Source: an uncultured Acidobacteriota bacterium
GTDB lineage: Bacteria > Acidobacteriota > Thermoanaerobaculia > Gp7-AA8
Length of the DNA: 64,000 nucleotides
NCBI GenBank assembly: GCA_963822445.1
Contig: CAWGHO010000002.1
Location: forward strand, 800,001 to 864,000
Direction: 5' to 3'
Each line of letters begins with the position of its first letter. Position 1 is the stretch's first letter. Positions 9,713 through 18,687 of this stretch are shown one piece after another. A model generated the notes under the pieces. The model did no database searches, was not told the DNA's origin, and saw only the letters and a program-made list of their open reading frames with translations. The translations under genes were made by a program, and so were the position numbers.

Positions 9713-9757
9713 GGACCTCGTGCGGAAGGGAAGGAGCGGACCTGTACGAAAGGACAG
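9713..9757. promoter_or_regulatory. Possible NarL-type regulator boxes upstream of SDR/QueA-like genes
   Basis: Imperfect direct repeat ggacctcgtgcggaagg / ggacctgtacgaaagg; the second has dyad ends CTGT..ACAG. Confidence 0.3.
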
Positions 9758-10342
9758 TTACACGATCCCGCGTTCGTGAGCTTTGGCAACCGCCTCGGCC
9801 CGATTCGCCGCCCCGAGCTTGTTCAGAATGCTCGTGACGTGGAACTTGATGGTCCGTTCGGTGACACCGAGCTCCGTGGCGATCTCCTTGTTCGAGCGCC
9901 CCGCGGCGACCAGCTCGAGCACCTCGCGCTCACGCGCGCTTAGCCGCGGCGCGTGCGACAGCGCGATCACCCGCGACGCAACGCGCGGATCGATGTACGT
10001 ACCGCCGTCCGCAATGGTGCGAATGGCGCGGTCGATCTCGTCGATCGACGCGCCTTTGAGCAGATAGCCGCGCGCGCCAGCTTGCAGCACGGCTTCGATC
10101 TGCTCGTCATTCGCGTATGCGGTGAGCACGAGCACGCGCGCCTCGATCCGTGGAATCGACTCGAGCCCGCTGATTCCCGGCAGCTCCAGATCGAGCAACA
10201 CGACGTCCGCATTCATCCGCGCCGCAAATAGCTCCTCGGCCGAGCCGAACGCCCCGGCGATCGCGAACTCGCGCTTCTCCAGCGCCGCCACGAGCCCTTC
10301 GCGCACGACGGGATGATCGTCGACGATCGCCAGACGGATCAT
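9758..10342 (-). CDS. NarL/LuxR family response regulator
   Basis: VDDHPVVREG REC domain plus LSAREREVL..SNKEIA HTH. Confidence 0.95.
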   Translation of the reverse strand: MIRLAIVDDHPVVREGLVAALEKREFAIAGAFGSAEELFAARMNADVVLLDLELPGISGLESIPRIEARVLVLTAYANDEQIEAVLQAGARGYLLKGASIDEIDRAIRTIADGGTYIDPRVASRVIALSHAPRLSAREREVLELVAAGRSNKEIATELGVTERTIKFHVTSILNKLGAANRAEAVAKAHERGIV

Positions 10343-11421
10343 CGCGGCACCCGCGCTTTGATCTTCGTCCCCTCTTTCGAGGCGATCTTCAAGGTCCCTC
10401 CGGCCAGGCGCGCACGCTCGCGCATGCCGCGGATTCCGTGGCGATCCTCGGCAATGCGCCGCGGATCGAATCCGACGCCGTCGTCTTCGACCGTGAGCGT
10501 GGCCGCGCCGCGCGTGCAGTGAAGCGTGAGCCGCACCGCTTTCGCGCTCGCGTGCTGCTTCACATTCGCCAGCGCCTGTTCGGCGATCCGGTACAACTCC
10601 GCCTCAGTCGCCAGCGGCAACTCGCACGCACGCGAGGTATCGAGCGTGACCCGGATCCCACTCTGCGACGTGAACTCGCGAACGAGCAGCGCGAGTGCCT
10701 GAGCGAGCGGCTTTCCGGCGAGCGGTTCCGCGCGCAGGTTCATCACCGAACGGCGCGCCTCATCGAGCGTTGCCCGGGTCACGCGCAAGGCCGTGTCGAT
10801 GCGGCCCGATTCGATGTCGAGGGCGATCGCGGTGAGACTCTGGGCGATGGTGTCGTGAATCTCGCGGGCGAGCCGCGTGCGCTCATCCGCACGAGCATGC
10901 GTCGCCTGATCCTCGGCGAGACGCGCTCGCTCGATCGCAACGCCAAGCTGAAAGCCGATCGTCGTCAGCAGTCGCAGTTCCCGCGCGGACAACCGCCGCA
11001 TCGACGGCGCGGTGATGTTCAGAATGCCGAGGGGCTTGTCCTGGAAGTAGAGCGGAACGGTGGCGTGATGGGCGATCGCGCGCGTCAGCTCCTCGCGATT
11101 GCCGGCGGGACGCAGACGGCTGCAGCCCATCACGTCGACGTTGCGCGATTCGAGCGAGCCTTCCCGGAACTGTTCGATGCACCAGCACGACGACCCGGTC
11201 ATGCGCACCGGCTCCTGCAGATACGGCGGCAGGTTGCGCGCCGCCGCGCTGTAGACGTGGCCGGTCTCCGGATCGAGCAGCCACACCCAGCCGGTATCGA
11301 GATTCAGCTCCTCGGCGATGACCTCGAGCGTCCGCTCGAGCGCGCTCTGCACATCAGGCGCAGAATTCAGCGCCTCGGCGATGGTGGCGATGATTTCGAG
11401 GTCTTTCTTTCGATGGCTCAG
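10339..11421 (-). CDS. GAF-domain HisKA_3 sensor histidine kinase (start uncertain: CTG 11421 or GTG 11352)
   Basis: GAF with CWC motif, AREIHDTIAQ, EQALANVKQH, DDGVGF, GIRGMRER. Confidence 0.9.
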   Translation of the reverse strand: MSHRKKDLEIIATIAEALNSAPDVQSALERTLEVIAEELNLDTGWVWLLDPETGHVYSAAARNLPPYLQEPVRMTGSSCWCIEQFREGSLESRNVDVMGCSRLRPAGNREELTRAIAHHATVPLYFQDKPLGILNITAPSMRRLSARELRLLTTIGFQLGVAIERARLAEDQATHARADERTRLAREIHDTIAQSLTAIALDIESGRIDTALRVTRATLDEARRSVMNLRAEPLAGKPLAQALALLVREFTSQSGIRVTLDTSRACELPLATEAELYRIAEQALANVKQHASAKAVRLTLHCTRGAATLTVEDDGVGFDPRRIAEDRHGIRGMRERARLAGGTLKIASKEGTKIKARVPR

Positions 11422-11434
11422 CTTCTCTGAAGTT

Positions 11435-11557
11435 TATCCTTCGCGCGGGCGGGGGCCGGCGGGCGCGGAGGATCTACGGTTACACCGCGCCGACCGGAGC
11501 CACAGGCGCTGCACGTTAGGCCACATCCTCTCGGTGTAACCGTAGATCCTCCGGCGC
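11435..11557. repeat. Direct repeat copy B including a long hairpin
   Basis: gcgcggaggatctacggttacaccg pairs with cggtgtaaccgtagatcctccggcgc. Confidence 0.8.
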
Positions 11558-13236
11558 TACGCGCCGAAGGATGGAGGAATAGACCCCTTCAACGTCACGA
11601 CCCGATTGAACACCAGCGCTTCCGCAGTCGAATCGCGATCCACGCAAAAGTAGCCGAGCCGCTCGAACTGGTACCGCGACATCACCGCGGCGCCTTTCAC
11701 CGAGGGTTCCAGTTTCGCGTGCTGGATCACCTCGAGCGAATTCGGATTCATGTGCTGCAGGAAATCGCCATCGGCGTCCGGATCCTCGACGGTGAACAGG
11801 CGCTCGTACAACCGCACTTCGCAGTCGATCGCGTGTTCCGCGGAGACCCAGTGAAGCGTCGCCTTCGGTTTGCGGCCGTCCGGCGAGTCGCCGCCGCGTG
11901 TCGCGGGATCGTAAGTGGCGCGCAGCTCGACGATGTTTCCGGTCTCGTCCTTGATCACGTCCGTGCAGGTGATGAAGTAGGCGGATCGCAGGCGCACCTC
12001 GCGGCCCGGCGCGAGGCGGAAAAACTTCTTCGGCGGGTCTTCCATGAAGTCGTCGCGCTCGATGTAGATCACCCTGCCGAACGGCACGCGCCGCGTTCCC
12101 ATTGACGGATCGTCGGGACTGTTGGCGCTTTCAAACTCTTCACTCGAGCCTTCCGGATAGTTCTCGATGACCACGCGCAACGGCCGCAGCACGCCCATCA
12201 CCCGCGGCGCGGTCTTGTTCAGCTCCTCGCGGATGCAGAACTCGAGCAGGCCGACATCGATCACGTTCTCGCGCCGCGCGACACCCACGCGCTCCGCAAA
12301 GTTGCGGATCGATTCGGGCGTGTAGCCGCGGCGGCGATACGCGGCGAGCGTCGGCATCCGTGGGTCATCCCAGCCGCGCACGTGCCCCTCGGTGACAAGC
12401 CGGCGGATCTTGCGCTTCGAGGTCACCGTGTAATTGAGGTTGAGCCGCGCGAACTCGTACTGCCGCGGACGCGACGGCACCGGGCAGTTCTCGACCAGCC
12501 AGTCGTACAGCGGGCGATGGTCCTCGAACTCCAGCGTGCACAGCGAATGGGTAATGCCTTCGATCGCGTCGGATAGCGGATGGGCGTAGTCGTACATCGG
12601 ATAGATCGCCCACTTGTCGCCGGTCCGGTGATGGTCCTCGTGGCGGATGCGGTAGAGCACCGGATCGCGCATGTTGATGTTCGGCGAGGCCATGTCGATC
12701 TTCGCGCGCAGCACGTGCGCGCCGTCTGGAAACTCTCCGGCACGCATCCGCCGGAAGAGATCGAGATTCTCCTCGACGCCGCGATTGCGGTACGGCGACT
12801 CCTTCCCCGGCTCGGTGAGCGTGCCGCGATACTCACGCATCTCATCGGCGGTGAGGCTGTCGACGTACGCGTGGCCGTGGGTGATCAGGTACTCCGCCCA
12901 CTCGTACAGCTGATCGAAGTAGTCGGACGCGTGCAGCGGTTCGCCGCCCGCGGGAGTGAAGCCGAGCCAGGTCACGTCCTCGACGATGGCCCGTGCGTAC
13001 TCCGCCTCTTCCTTTTCCGGATTCGTGTCGTCGAAGCGGAGATTGCACTTTCCGGCGTAGTCGAGAGCCACGCCGAAGTTCAGGCAGATCGACTTGGCGT
13101 GACCGATGTGCAGGTACCCGTTCGGCTCGGGAGGGAAGCGGGTGACGATCTGCTGGTGCTTCCCGTTGCGCAGGTCTTCCTCCACGATCTCGCGGATGAA
13201 GTCGAGGTTGCGGGAAGGGGCTTCGGTCGTGGTCAT
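11557..13236 (-). CDS. glnS: Glutamine--tRNA ligase
   Basis: [31 protein letters not shown]. Confidence 0.97.
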   Translation of the reverse strand: MTTTEAPSRNLDFIREIVEEDLRNGKHQQIVTRFPPEPNGYLHIGHAKSICLNFGVALDYAGKCNLRFDDTNPEKEEAEYARAIVEDVTWLGFTPAGGEPLHASDYFDQLYEWAEYLITHGHAYVDSLTADEMREYRGTLTEPGKESPYRNRGVEENLDLFRRMRAGEFPDGAHVLRAKIDMASPNINMRDPVLYRIRHEDHHRTGDKWAIYPMYDYAHPLSDAIEGITHSLCTLEFEDHRPLYDWLVENCPVPSRPRQYEFARLNLNYTVTSKRKIRRLVTEGHVRGWDDPRMPTLAAYRRRGYTPESIRNFAERVGVARRENVIDVGLLEFCIREELNKTAPRVMGVLRPLRVVIENYPEGSSEEFESANSPDDPSMGTRRVPFGRVIYIERDDFMEDPPKKFFRLAPGREVRLRSAYFITCTDVIKDETGNIVELRATYDPATRGGDSPDGRKPKATLHWVSAEHAIDCEVRLYERLFTVEDPDADGDFLQHMNPNSLEVIQHAKLEPSVKGAAVMSRYQFERLGYFCVDRDSTAEALVFNRVVTLKGSIPPSFGA

Positions 13237-13347
13237 GTCGGAGTCGTTATATCAATGAGGACGGGTGTTGCCATTCCCGTTACGGAACGGGAGCAAGGTC
13301 CCCGATCGTCTTGACCAGTCCGGCGCGCGGGCCGTAGCGTCGGGCCG

Positions 13348-13776
13348 ATGAAACCGATCTCCCTCGTTGCTGCAGTCCTCTTCGCCGTGGCGGCTCTTGC
13401 AGACGACCGGGAATCCGTCCTGCTGCTGGACAAGGAGATCAGCGTCGCCACCTGGACCGCCGATCCGGTCTGGTTCGAGGAGAACCTCGCCGACGATTAC
13501 GTACTCGTCACCCCCACCGGCGCCATCAAATCGAAGCGGGAAGTGATCCGGGAGCTCTCCACGCCGGGCATGCGCATGGAGCCGTTCGATCCGACCGAGG
13601 TGCAGGTGCGGATGTACGGCGACACGGCCGTCGTCACCGGCCGCATGCGCCAGCGCTTCGTCCTCGGCGGCATCCGCTACGCGAACGACGTCCGCTACAC
13701 CGACGTGTACGTGAAGCGGAAAACGCGCTGGATGCTGGTGAGCGCGCACATCTCGACGGTGGCGACGAAGCGCTAG
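13348..13776 (+). CDS. Secreted NTF2-like (DUF4440) protein
   Basis: Signal peptide; LADDYV, YGDTAVVTG, RYTDVYVKR..W. Confidence 0.85.
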   Translation: MKPISLVAAVLFAVAALADDRESVLLLDKEISVATWTADPVWFEENLADDYVLVTPTGAIKSKREVIRELSTPGMRMEPFDPTEVQVRMYGDTAVVTGRMRQRFVLGGIRYANDVRYTDVYVKRKTRWMLVSAHISTVATKR

Positions 13777-14573
13777 GTTTCCGCCGTCCGCAACGCGCGC
13801 AACACGCGATGCCAGCGCGCGCGCTCGAGATACCAGATCAGCGCGATGACCGGCGGCAGCACCGAGAAGATGTGCAGCATCCTGGCAACGCCGATGATCT
13901 CGGAATTGAAAGCGAGGTAGATCTGCAGGTTGAGTGCAACCACTTCCAGATCGTTCATCAGCGCGCCGCCCTTGCCCTCGCGATACAGCGAGAGGAACTC
14001 GGCGTCGTGGATCAGCCGCCAGGCGAAGAAGGTGCTGTGGATCTGTACGAAGAAGGCGACGAATGCGCCGAGGGGGCGCTCGAATTCGGGAGATTTCCAG
14101 CCGGTGCCCGACAGCGCCTTGTAAAAGAAGATGCCGGCCAGGACGAACTCGAACGCGTGACCCGCGGACGCGATCGCAAGCTCGCGGCGCCATTCCTTCG
14201 TAACGAACACCAGCCAGATCGCGAAGACCACCCCGACGATGACCATGCTCCGCCGGTTCTCGCGGAAGAGCCACAGCAGGTACGCGAACGCAAGCCCCAC
14301 CGCGACGGCGATGGTGAGCCTGAACTGCCCCATGTGCGTGAACCCGCCGCCGTAAACGAGATCGAACGCGGGAAGCGACGGATGGCCGAGAAGCCAGCCG
14401 ACGATCGCATGTCCCAGCTCGTGGAACAGCGTCACGATCGCGGAGAACACGAAGCGGGTGAACGGAATCGCGTAGACGACGATGGCCAGGGCCAGGCCGA
14501 TGCCGAGGATCTTCAGTTCGGCGCGGCCGATCCGACCATCCTCGACGCGGTCTTCATCGCCGGGATCACGCAT
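13773..14573 (-). CDS. Membrane HExxH protein (M50-like)
   Basis: Start MRDPGDED; FHELGH in a multi-TM protein. Confidence 0.7.
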   Translation of the reverse strand: MRDPGDEDRVEDGRIGRAELKILGIGLALAIVVYAIPFTRFVFSAIVTLFHELGHAIVGWLLGHPSLPAFDLVYGGGFTHMGQFRLTIAVAVGLAFAYLLWLFRENRRSMVIVGVVFAIWLVFVTKEWRRELAIASAGHAFEFVLAGIFFYKALSGTGWKSPEFERPLGAFVAFFVQIHSTFFAWRLIHDAEFLSLYREGKGGALMNDLEVVALNLQIYLAFNSEIIGVARMLHIFSVLPPVIALIWYLERARWHRVLRALRTAET

Positions 14574-14603
14574 CGGCCGATTATCGCGCGGTACGATGAC
14601 CTC

Positions 14604-15638
14604 ATGCCGAACAACTGGATGATTTACGGCGCGAACGGATACACCGGCGAGCTCCTCGCGCGCGAGGCGGCGCGGCGCGGACAGAAGCCTGTGCTCGCGG
14701 GCCGATCGCGGGAGCAGATCGAGCCGCTCGCACGCGAGCTGGGATGCGAAGCGCGCATCTTCGATCTCGAGCACATCGATCTCTCCGGCGTCGCGCTGGT
14801 TGTGCATTGCGCGGGTCCGTTCAGCCGCACCAGCGCACCCATGGTTCGGGCCTGTCTCGATCGCGGCGTTCATTACCTCGACATCACCGGCGAGATCGCC
14901 GTGTTCGAAGCGGTGTTCGCGCAGGACGCCGAGGCGAAGAAACGGGGCGTCGTGCTGTTGCCCGGCGTCGGCTTCGATGTCGTACCGACCGATTGCCTTG
15001 CGGCGATGCTCAATCGCAAATTGCCCGACGCGATCGAGCTCTGGCTGGCGTTCGCGCAACGCCGCGGAGGTGTCAGCCGCGGGACGATGAACACGATGAT
15101 CGAGTCGATCGGCCAGGGAGGAGCGATCCGCCGCGACGGCCGGATCGAGCGCGTGCCGATGCTCTTCGACGTCCAGACCATTCCCTTCGAGAGCGGGCCA
15201 CGGCCGGCCATGACCATTCCCTGGGGAGACGTGGCCACGGCCTATCGCACGACGCGGATTCCGAACATCCGCGTCTATCGCGGCGCGTCGGCCGGCACGA
15301 TCAAGCGCACCAAGCGGCTGGTCATGCTCGAGCCGCTGCTGCGCAACCGCTTCGCGAAGAAAATCCTGCAGAAGCTGATCGCGAAACGCACCGGTCCTGA
15401 CGAGCGGCAGCGCGCCGAGGCCCACGTCGAGTTGTGGGGCCGCGTGGTCGATGCGCAAGGCAAGGAAGTGACCATGACCATGCGCGTGGCCGAGGGGTAC
15501 ACGTTCACGGTCCTGTCCGCGCTGGCGGCGGTCGAGCGCGTGCTGACTGCGCCGCCGCCCGCGGGTGCGCTTACCCCGGCGCTGGCGTTCGGGCCGGAGT
15601 TCGTGAAGGAGATTCCCGGGACGGTCGTGCACGAATGA
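14604..15638 (+). CDS. Saccharopine dehydrogenase-like NAD(P)-binding oxidoreductase
   Basis: IYGANGYTG, HCAGPF, HYLDITGE, GFDVVPTD. Confidence 0.9.
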   Translation: MPNNWMIYGANGYTGELLAREAARRGQKPVLAGRSREQIEPLARELGCEARIFDLEHIDLSGVALVVHCAGPFSRTSAPMVRACLDRGVHYLDITGEIAVFEAVFAQDAEAKKRGVVLLPGVGFDVVPTDCLAAMLNRKLPDAIELWLAFAQRRGGVSRGTMNTMIESIGQGGAIRRDGRIERVPMLFDVQTIPFESGPRPAMTIPWGDVATAYRTTRIPNIRVYRGASAGTIKRTKRLVMLEPLLRNRFAKKILQKLIAKRTGPDERQRAEAHVELWGRVVDAQGKEVTMTMRVAEGYTFTVLSALAAVERVLTAPPPAGALTPALAFGPEFVKEIPGTVVHE

Positions 15639-16507
15639 AACGCCTCGCGCTCGCGCCGCTCCTCCTTCTTCTACTGACCTGCGCCACAGCGCGCACGCCG
15701 GATCTCGCCTCGCAAGTCGATGCGGTTTTGGCCCGCCATCCCGATCAAACGATCGCCGTCGCGTATTACGACCTGGCCACCGGCGCGACGTTCGCCCGCA
15801 ACGACCGCCTCGTCTTTCACGCCGCGAGCACGATGAAGGTTCCGGTGATGCTGGGGATCTTCGAAGCAATCACGCGCGACGAGCTGAGTCTCGATCAGCC
15901 GGTCACGGTCCGCAATCAATTCGTCAGCATCCTCGACGGATCGACGTACGCGCTGGAATCACGCGAAGACTCCGATCCGGCGCTTTATGACGAGATCGGC
16001 CGCGCGCTGCCGCTGGAGAATCTCGTGCGGCGGATGATCGTCCGCAGCTCGAACCTGGCCACGAACATCGTCATTGAGCTGATCGGCGCAAAGCGGGTCA
16101 TGGCCCTGATGAAGGAAATCGGCGCAAACGACATCCAGGTGCTTCGCGGCGTCGAGGACGACAAGGCCTATCACGCGGGCATGAACAACACCGTCACCGC
16201 CCATGACCTCATGCTCGTCTTCAAGACCCTCGGCGAGCGCAAGGCCATCTCCGCCGAGGCTTCGTCGATGATGATCGACATCCTCACGGCGCAGGAATTC
16301 AATGACGGAATCCCCGGCGGTCTGCCCAAAGACACGCCGGTTGCGCACAAGACAGGGTCCATTACGGCAATCGCGCACGACGCGGGGCTGGTCGATTCGA
16401 AATACGTGCTGGTCGTACTGACGAAGGGATTCAAGAAGACGGACGACGCGGAAAAAGTGATCGCGGAAATCTCGAAACTGGTGTGGGAATCGCGAAAAAC
16501 CCCTTGA
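15635..16507 (+). CDS. Class A beta-lactamase-related serine hydrolase
   Basis: ASTMK (SxxK), SSN, HKTG; signal peptide; ATGA coupling. Confidence 0.9.
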   Translation: MKRLALAPLLLLLLTCATARTPDLASQVDAVLARHPDQTIAVAYYDLATGATFARNDRLVFHAASTMKVPVMLGIFEAITRDELSLDQPVTVRNQFVSILDGSTYALESREDSDPALYDEIGRALPLENLVRRMIVRSSNLATNIVIELIGAKRVMALMKEIGANDIQVLRGVEDDKAYHAGMNNTVTAHDLMLVFKTLGERKAISAEASSMMIDILTAQEFNDGIPGGLPKDTPVAHKTGSITAIAHDAGLVDSKYVLVVLTKGFKKTDDAEKVIAEISKLVWESRKTP

Positions 16508-16533
16508 CACTTCACAATGAGCCTTGCTATTGT
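16504..16533 (+). promoter_or_regulatory. sigma70 promoter
   Basis: TTGACA-18 nt-TATTGT with TGn extension. Confidence 0.75.
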
Positions 16534-16546
16534 GCGCCACCCTGAA

Positions 16547-16618
16547 ATGACGAAGAACTTATCGATTGAACGCTTTCCAACGGCCGTCAAACGCGCCGGA
16601 GGTTCCTCTACGAGGTGA
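16547..16618 (+). CDS. Putative attenuator leader peptide MTKNLSIERFPTAVKRAGGSSTR
   Basis: 23-codon ORF between promoter and terminator; 16592-16602 is complementary to the terminator 5' arm. Confidence 0.65.
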   Translation: MTKNLSIERFPTAVKRAGGSSTR

Positions 16619-16642
16619 CCGCTCCCCAAGAGCGCTCTCGAT

Positions 16643-16682
16643 AGAGCCCCTTCGGTGCGATGCCGAAGGGGCTTTTTGTTTC
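16643..16682 (+). terminator. Intrinsic terminator (attenuator)
   Basis: agagccccttcggt-gcgat-gccgaaggggcttt followed by a U-rich tract. Confidence 0.85.
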
Positions 16683-16787
16683 TGGCGACAAGGACAGTCC
16701 GGGCCGGCGGCGCACACCGCTCCTGACGGATTGTTAGGTGTGTGTTCCGTGAACGGGTTCTGACAAAGGACGTTCTGGTCGCACAAA

Positions 16788-16864
16788 GGGTCGCGGGTTC
16801 GAGTCCCGCCACGGCCCGAAGGCCGTGTAGCTCAGTTGGGTAGAGCACAGGACTGCTAATCCTG
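16788..16864 (+). ncRNA. Circularly permuted tRNA-like RNA (T arm, closed acceptor stem, D arm, anticodon arm GCU); YrlA-like
   Basis: GGGUC GCGGG-UUCGAGU-CCCGC CACGGCC-CGAA-GGCCGUG UA GCUC-AGUUGGGUA-GAGC A CAGGA-CUGCUAA-UCCUG; all four stems pair perfectly. Confidence 0.85.
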
Positions 16865-17086
16865 CTTCGATTAAACGACTGATCGCCGTTAGTGATCACC
16901 GGCCGAGGCGAAACATCCTCGGTACCGCCCGCCGGTTAGTACAACGGCAAGCGCGAACGACAGCCCTGCAGCACTCGCGCGCAGTACGCCCGATCTCCGT
17001 GTGTGCGTACGGAGAAACGTCGTAAACGGCGCGATGCTCCGCTTAGAACGCGTGGCGGCCGCGAATGTCAGCCCGGCCGGTCTTTT

Positions 17087-17156
17087 AGTAGGCAGTAGGC
17101 AGTAGGCAGTAGGCGGGGGGTATGAAGCGTTCTACCGCCTACTGCCTACTGCCTAC
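17087..17156. repeat. Palindromic 7-bp-unit element (AGTAGGC x4 / GCCTACT)
   Basis: agtaggcagtaggcagtaggcagtaggc ... ctaccgcctactgcctactgcctac. Confidence 0.85.
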
Positions 17157-17201
17157 CGCGAGGCGGCGCAAGCCGCCGTACTAATCAAAGGAGGTACCAA
17201 A

Positions 17202-18302
17202 ATGATCCGTAGAATCAAAATCAATCCACACGAGCGTGGACTCCTGTTCCGCGAGGGCGATTTCAAGGCCGTGCTGCGGCCGGGCGTGCACTGGTACCTC
17301 GATCCGCTTCTGAAACTGCGTGTCGACGTCGTTTCGCCGCGTGATCCGTGGCTCGTGCATCGCGATCTCGACCTCATTGTGAAGTCGGGTGCCCTCAACG
17401 GTCAGGCCACGGTTGCTGATCTCAAGGACAACGAGCGGGCACTGGTCTGGATCGACGGCCGGTTCTCCGGCGTCATCGGCAGCGGTCTGTACGCGCTGTG
17501 GACCACGGAGCATGAAATTCGCGTCGAGGTGATCGACGCGCGAGCGACGCAGCTCGTGCACAGTGAGCTGTCGGTCATTGTGCGGTCTGCATCGGCGGCG
17601 ACATATCTCGACGTAATGCACGTCGAGGCCGGTCATGCCGGGGTTTGGTTCAAGGACGGTGCATACCAGGCCACGCTTTCGCCGGGTACGTACGCGTTCT
17701 GGAAGGGAAACGCGAAGGTGAAGCTGTACGACGTCGATCTCCGGGAGCAGGTGCTCGACATCAGCGGTCAGGAAATCATGACCGCCGACAAGGTCACTCT
17801 GCGTCTCAATGCACTGGTGCATTACAAGGTCACCGACCCGCTGCGGTCGGTGATGGAGGTCGACGGTGCGGCACAGGCGCTTTACCGCTCCTCGCAGCTC
17901 GCGCTGCGTGAGGCGGTCGGCGCAAAGGACCTCGACACGATCCTGGTCGCGAAGGACACGCTCGCGAGCGAGCTGTCCGTAATGGTCCAGGCGCGTGCCG
18001 CGGAACTGGGAATCACCGTCGTGGCCGCGGGCGTCAAGGACGTCATCCTGCCGGGTGACATGAAAGATCTGATGAACAAGGTCACGGAGGCAAAGAAGGC
18101 CGCGGAGGCGTCGCTCATCACGCGTCGTGAGGAGACGGCGGCAATGCGGATGCAGGCCAACACCGCGAAGATCCTCGAGTCCAACCCGACGCTGATGAAG
18201 CTGAAGGAGCTCGAGGTGCTGGAGAAGGTCGCCGACAAGGCGAACCTGACCGTGCTCCTCGGCGACGAGGGTCTCGCCAACAAGGTAGTCAAACTGCTGT
18301 AG
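17202..18302 (+). CDS. SPFH/Band 7 slipin family protein
   Basis: GQEIMTADKVTLRLN, KDVILPGDMK, RREETAAMR..NTAK..NPTLMKLKELE; SD AAGGAGGT. Confidence 0.92.
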   Translation: MIRRIKINPHERGLLFREGDFKAVLRPGVHWYLDPLLKLRVDVVSPRDPWLVHRDLDLIVKSGALNGQATVADLKDNERALVWIDGRFSGVIGSGLYALWTTEHEIRVEVIDARATQLVHSELSVIVRSASAATYLDVMHVEAGHAGVWFKDGAYQATLSPGTYAFWKGNAKVKLYDVDLREQVLDISGQEIMTADKVTLRLNALVHYKVTDPLRSVMEVDGAAQALYRSSQLALREAVGAKDLDTILVAKDTLASELSVMVQARAAELGITVVAAGVKDVILPGDMKDLMNKVTEAKKAAEASLITRREETAAMRMQANTAKILESNPTLMKLKELEVLEKVADKANLTVLLGDEGLANKVVKLL

Positions 18303-18661
18303 CCGGCACGGCCGGCAGCGCTCGTTGCTGCGCTCACGCACGTGCGGCTGCCGGAAAGTTCAATCTGCGAGTAACGAAAACTGGAGGGGCGGGCGGACAA
18401 GCGAGCCCGTCCCTCACTGACTGGTGCGGATCTGACTCGCGACGCCGATCAGTCAGGAAACGTCAGCTGGCGGTGCGGCGGCGACAAGCTCAATCACTTC
18501 ATGCGCTGGAATACGACAGCGCCCGCTGTCATCTCGAGCGCGCCATGCGCGCCGATCCGAACTGCCTTGGCGAACTGAACGCGCGCATCAAATCGCTCAA
18601 ACAGCTCGACGAGCTCGGCATCCAGCAACGATGCCTTTACGACCTCATCGAAAGAACACGC

Positions 18662-18687
18662 GAAGGGCGACCGAAGGGTCGCCTTTC
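18662..18687. terminator. Hairpin terminator
   Basis: gaagggcgacc-gaag-ggtcgcctttc. Confidence 0.6.

Noticed and set aside
15635-16507. Bona fide resistance beta-lactamase
   Set aside because: SSN in place of SDN and divergent omega-loop region; activity cannot be inferred from sequence
16589-16606. SecM-like RAGP arrest motif in the uORF
   Set aside because: Sequence is RAGG without the Pro; better explained by RNA pairing
16821-16895. Ordinary tRNA-Ser(GCU) gene
   Set aside because: No T arm or 3' acceptor strand follows the anticodon arm; they lie upstream
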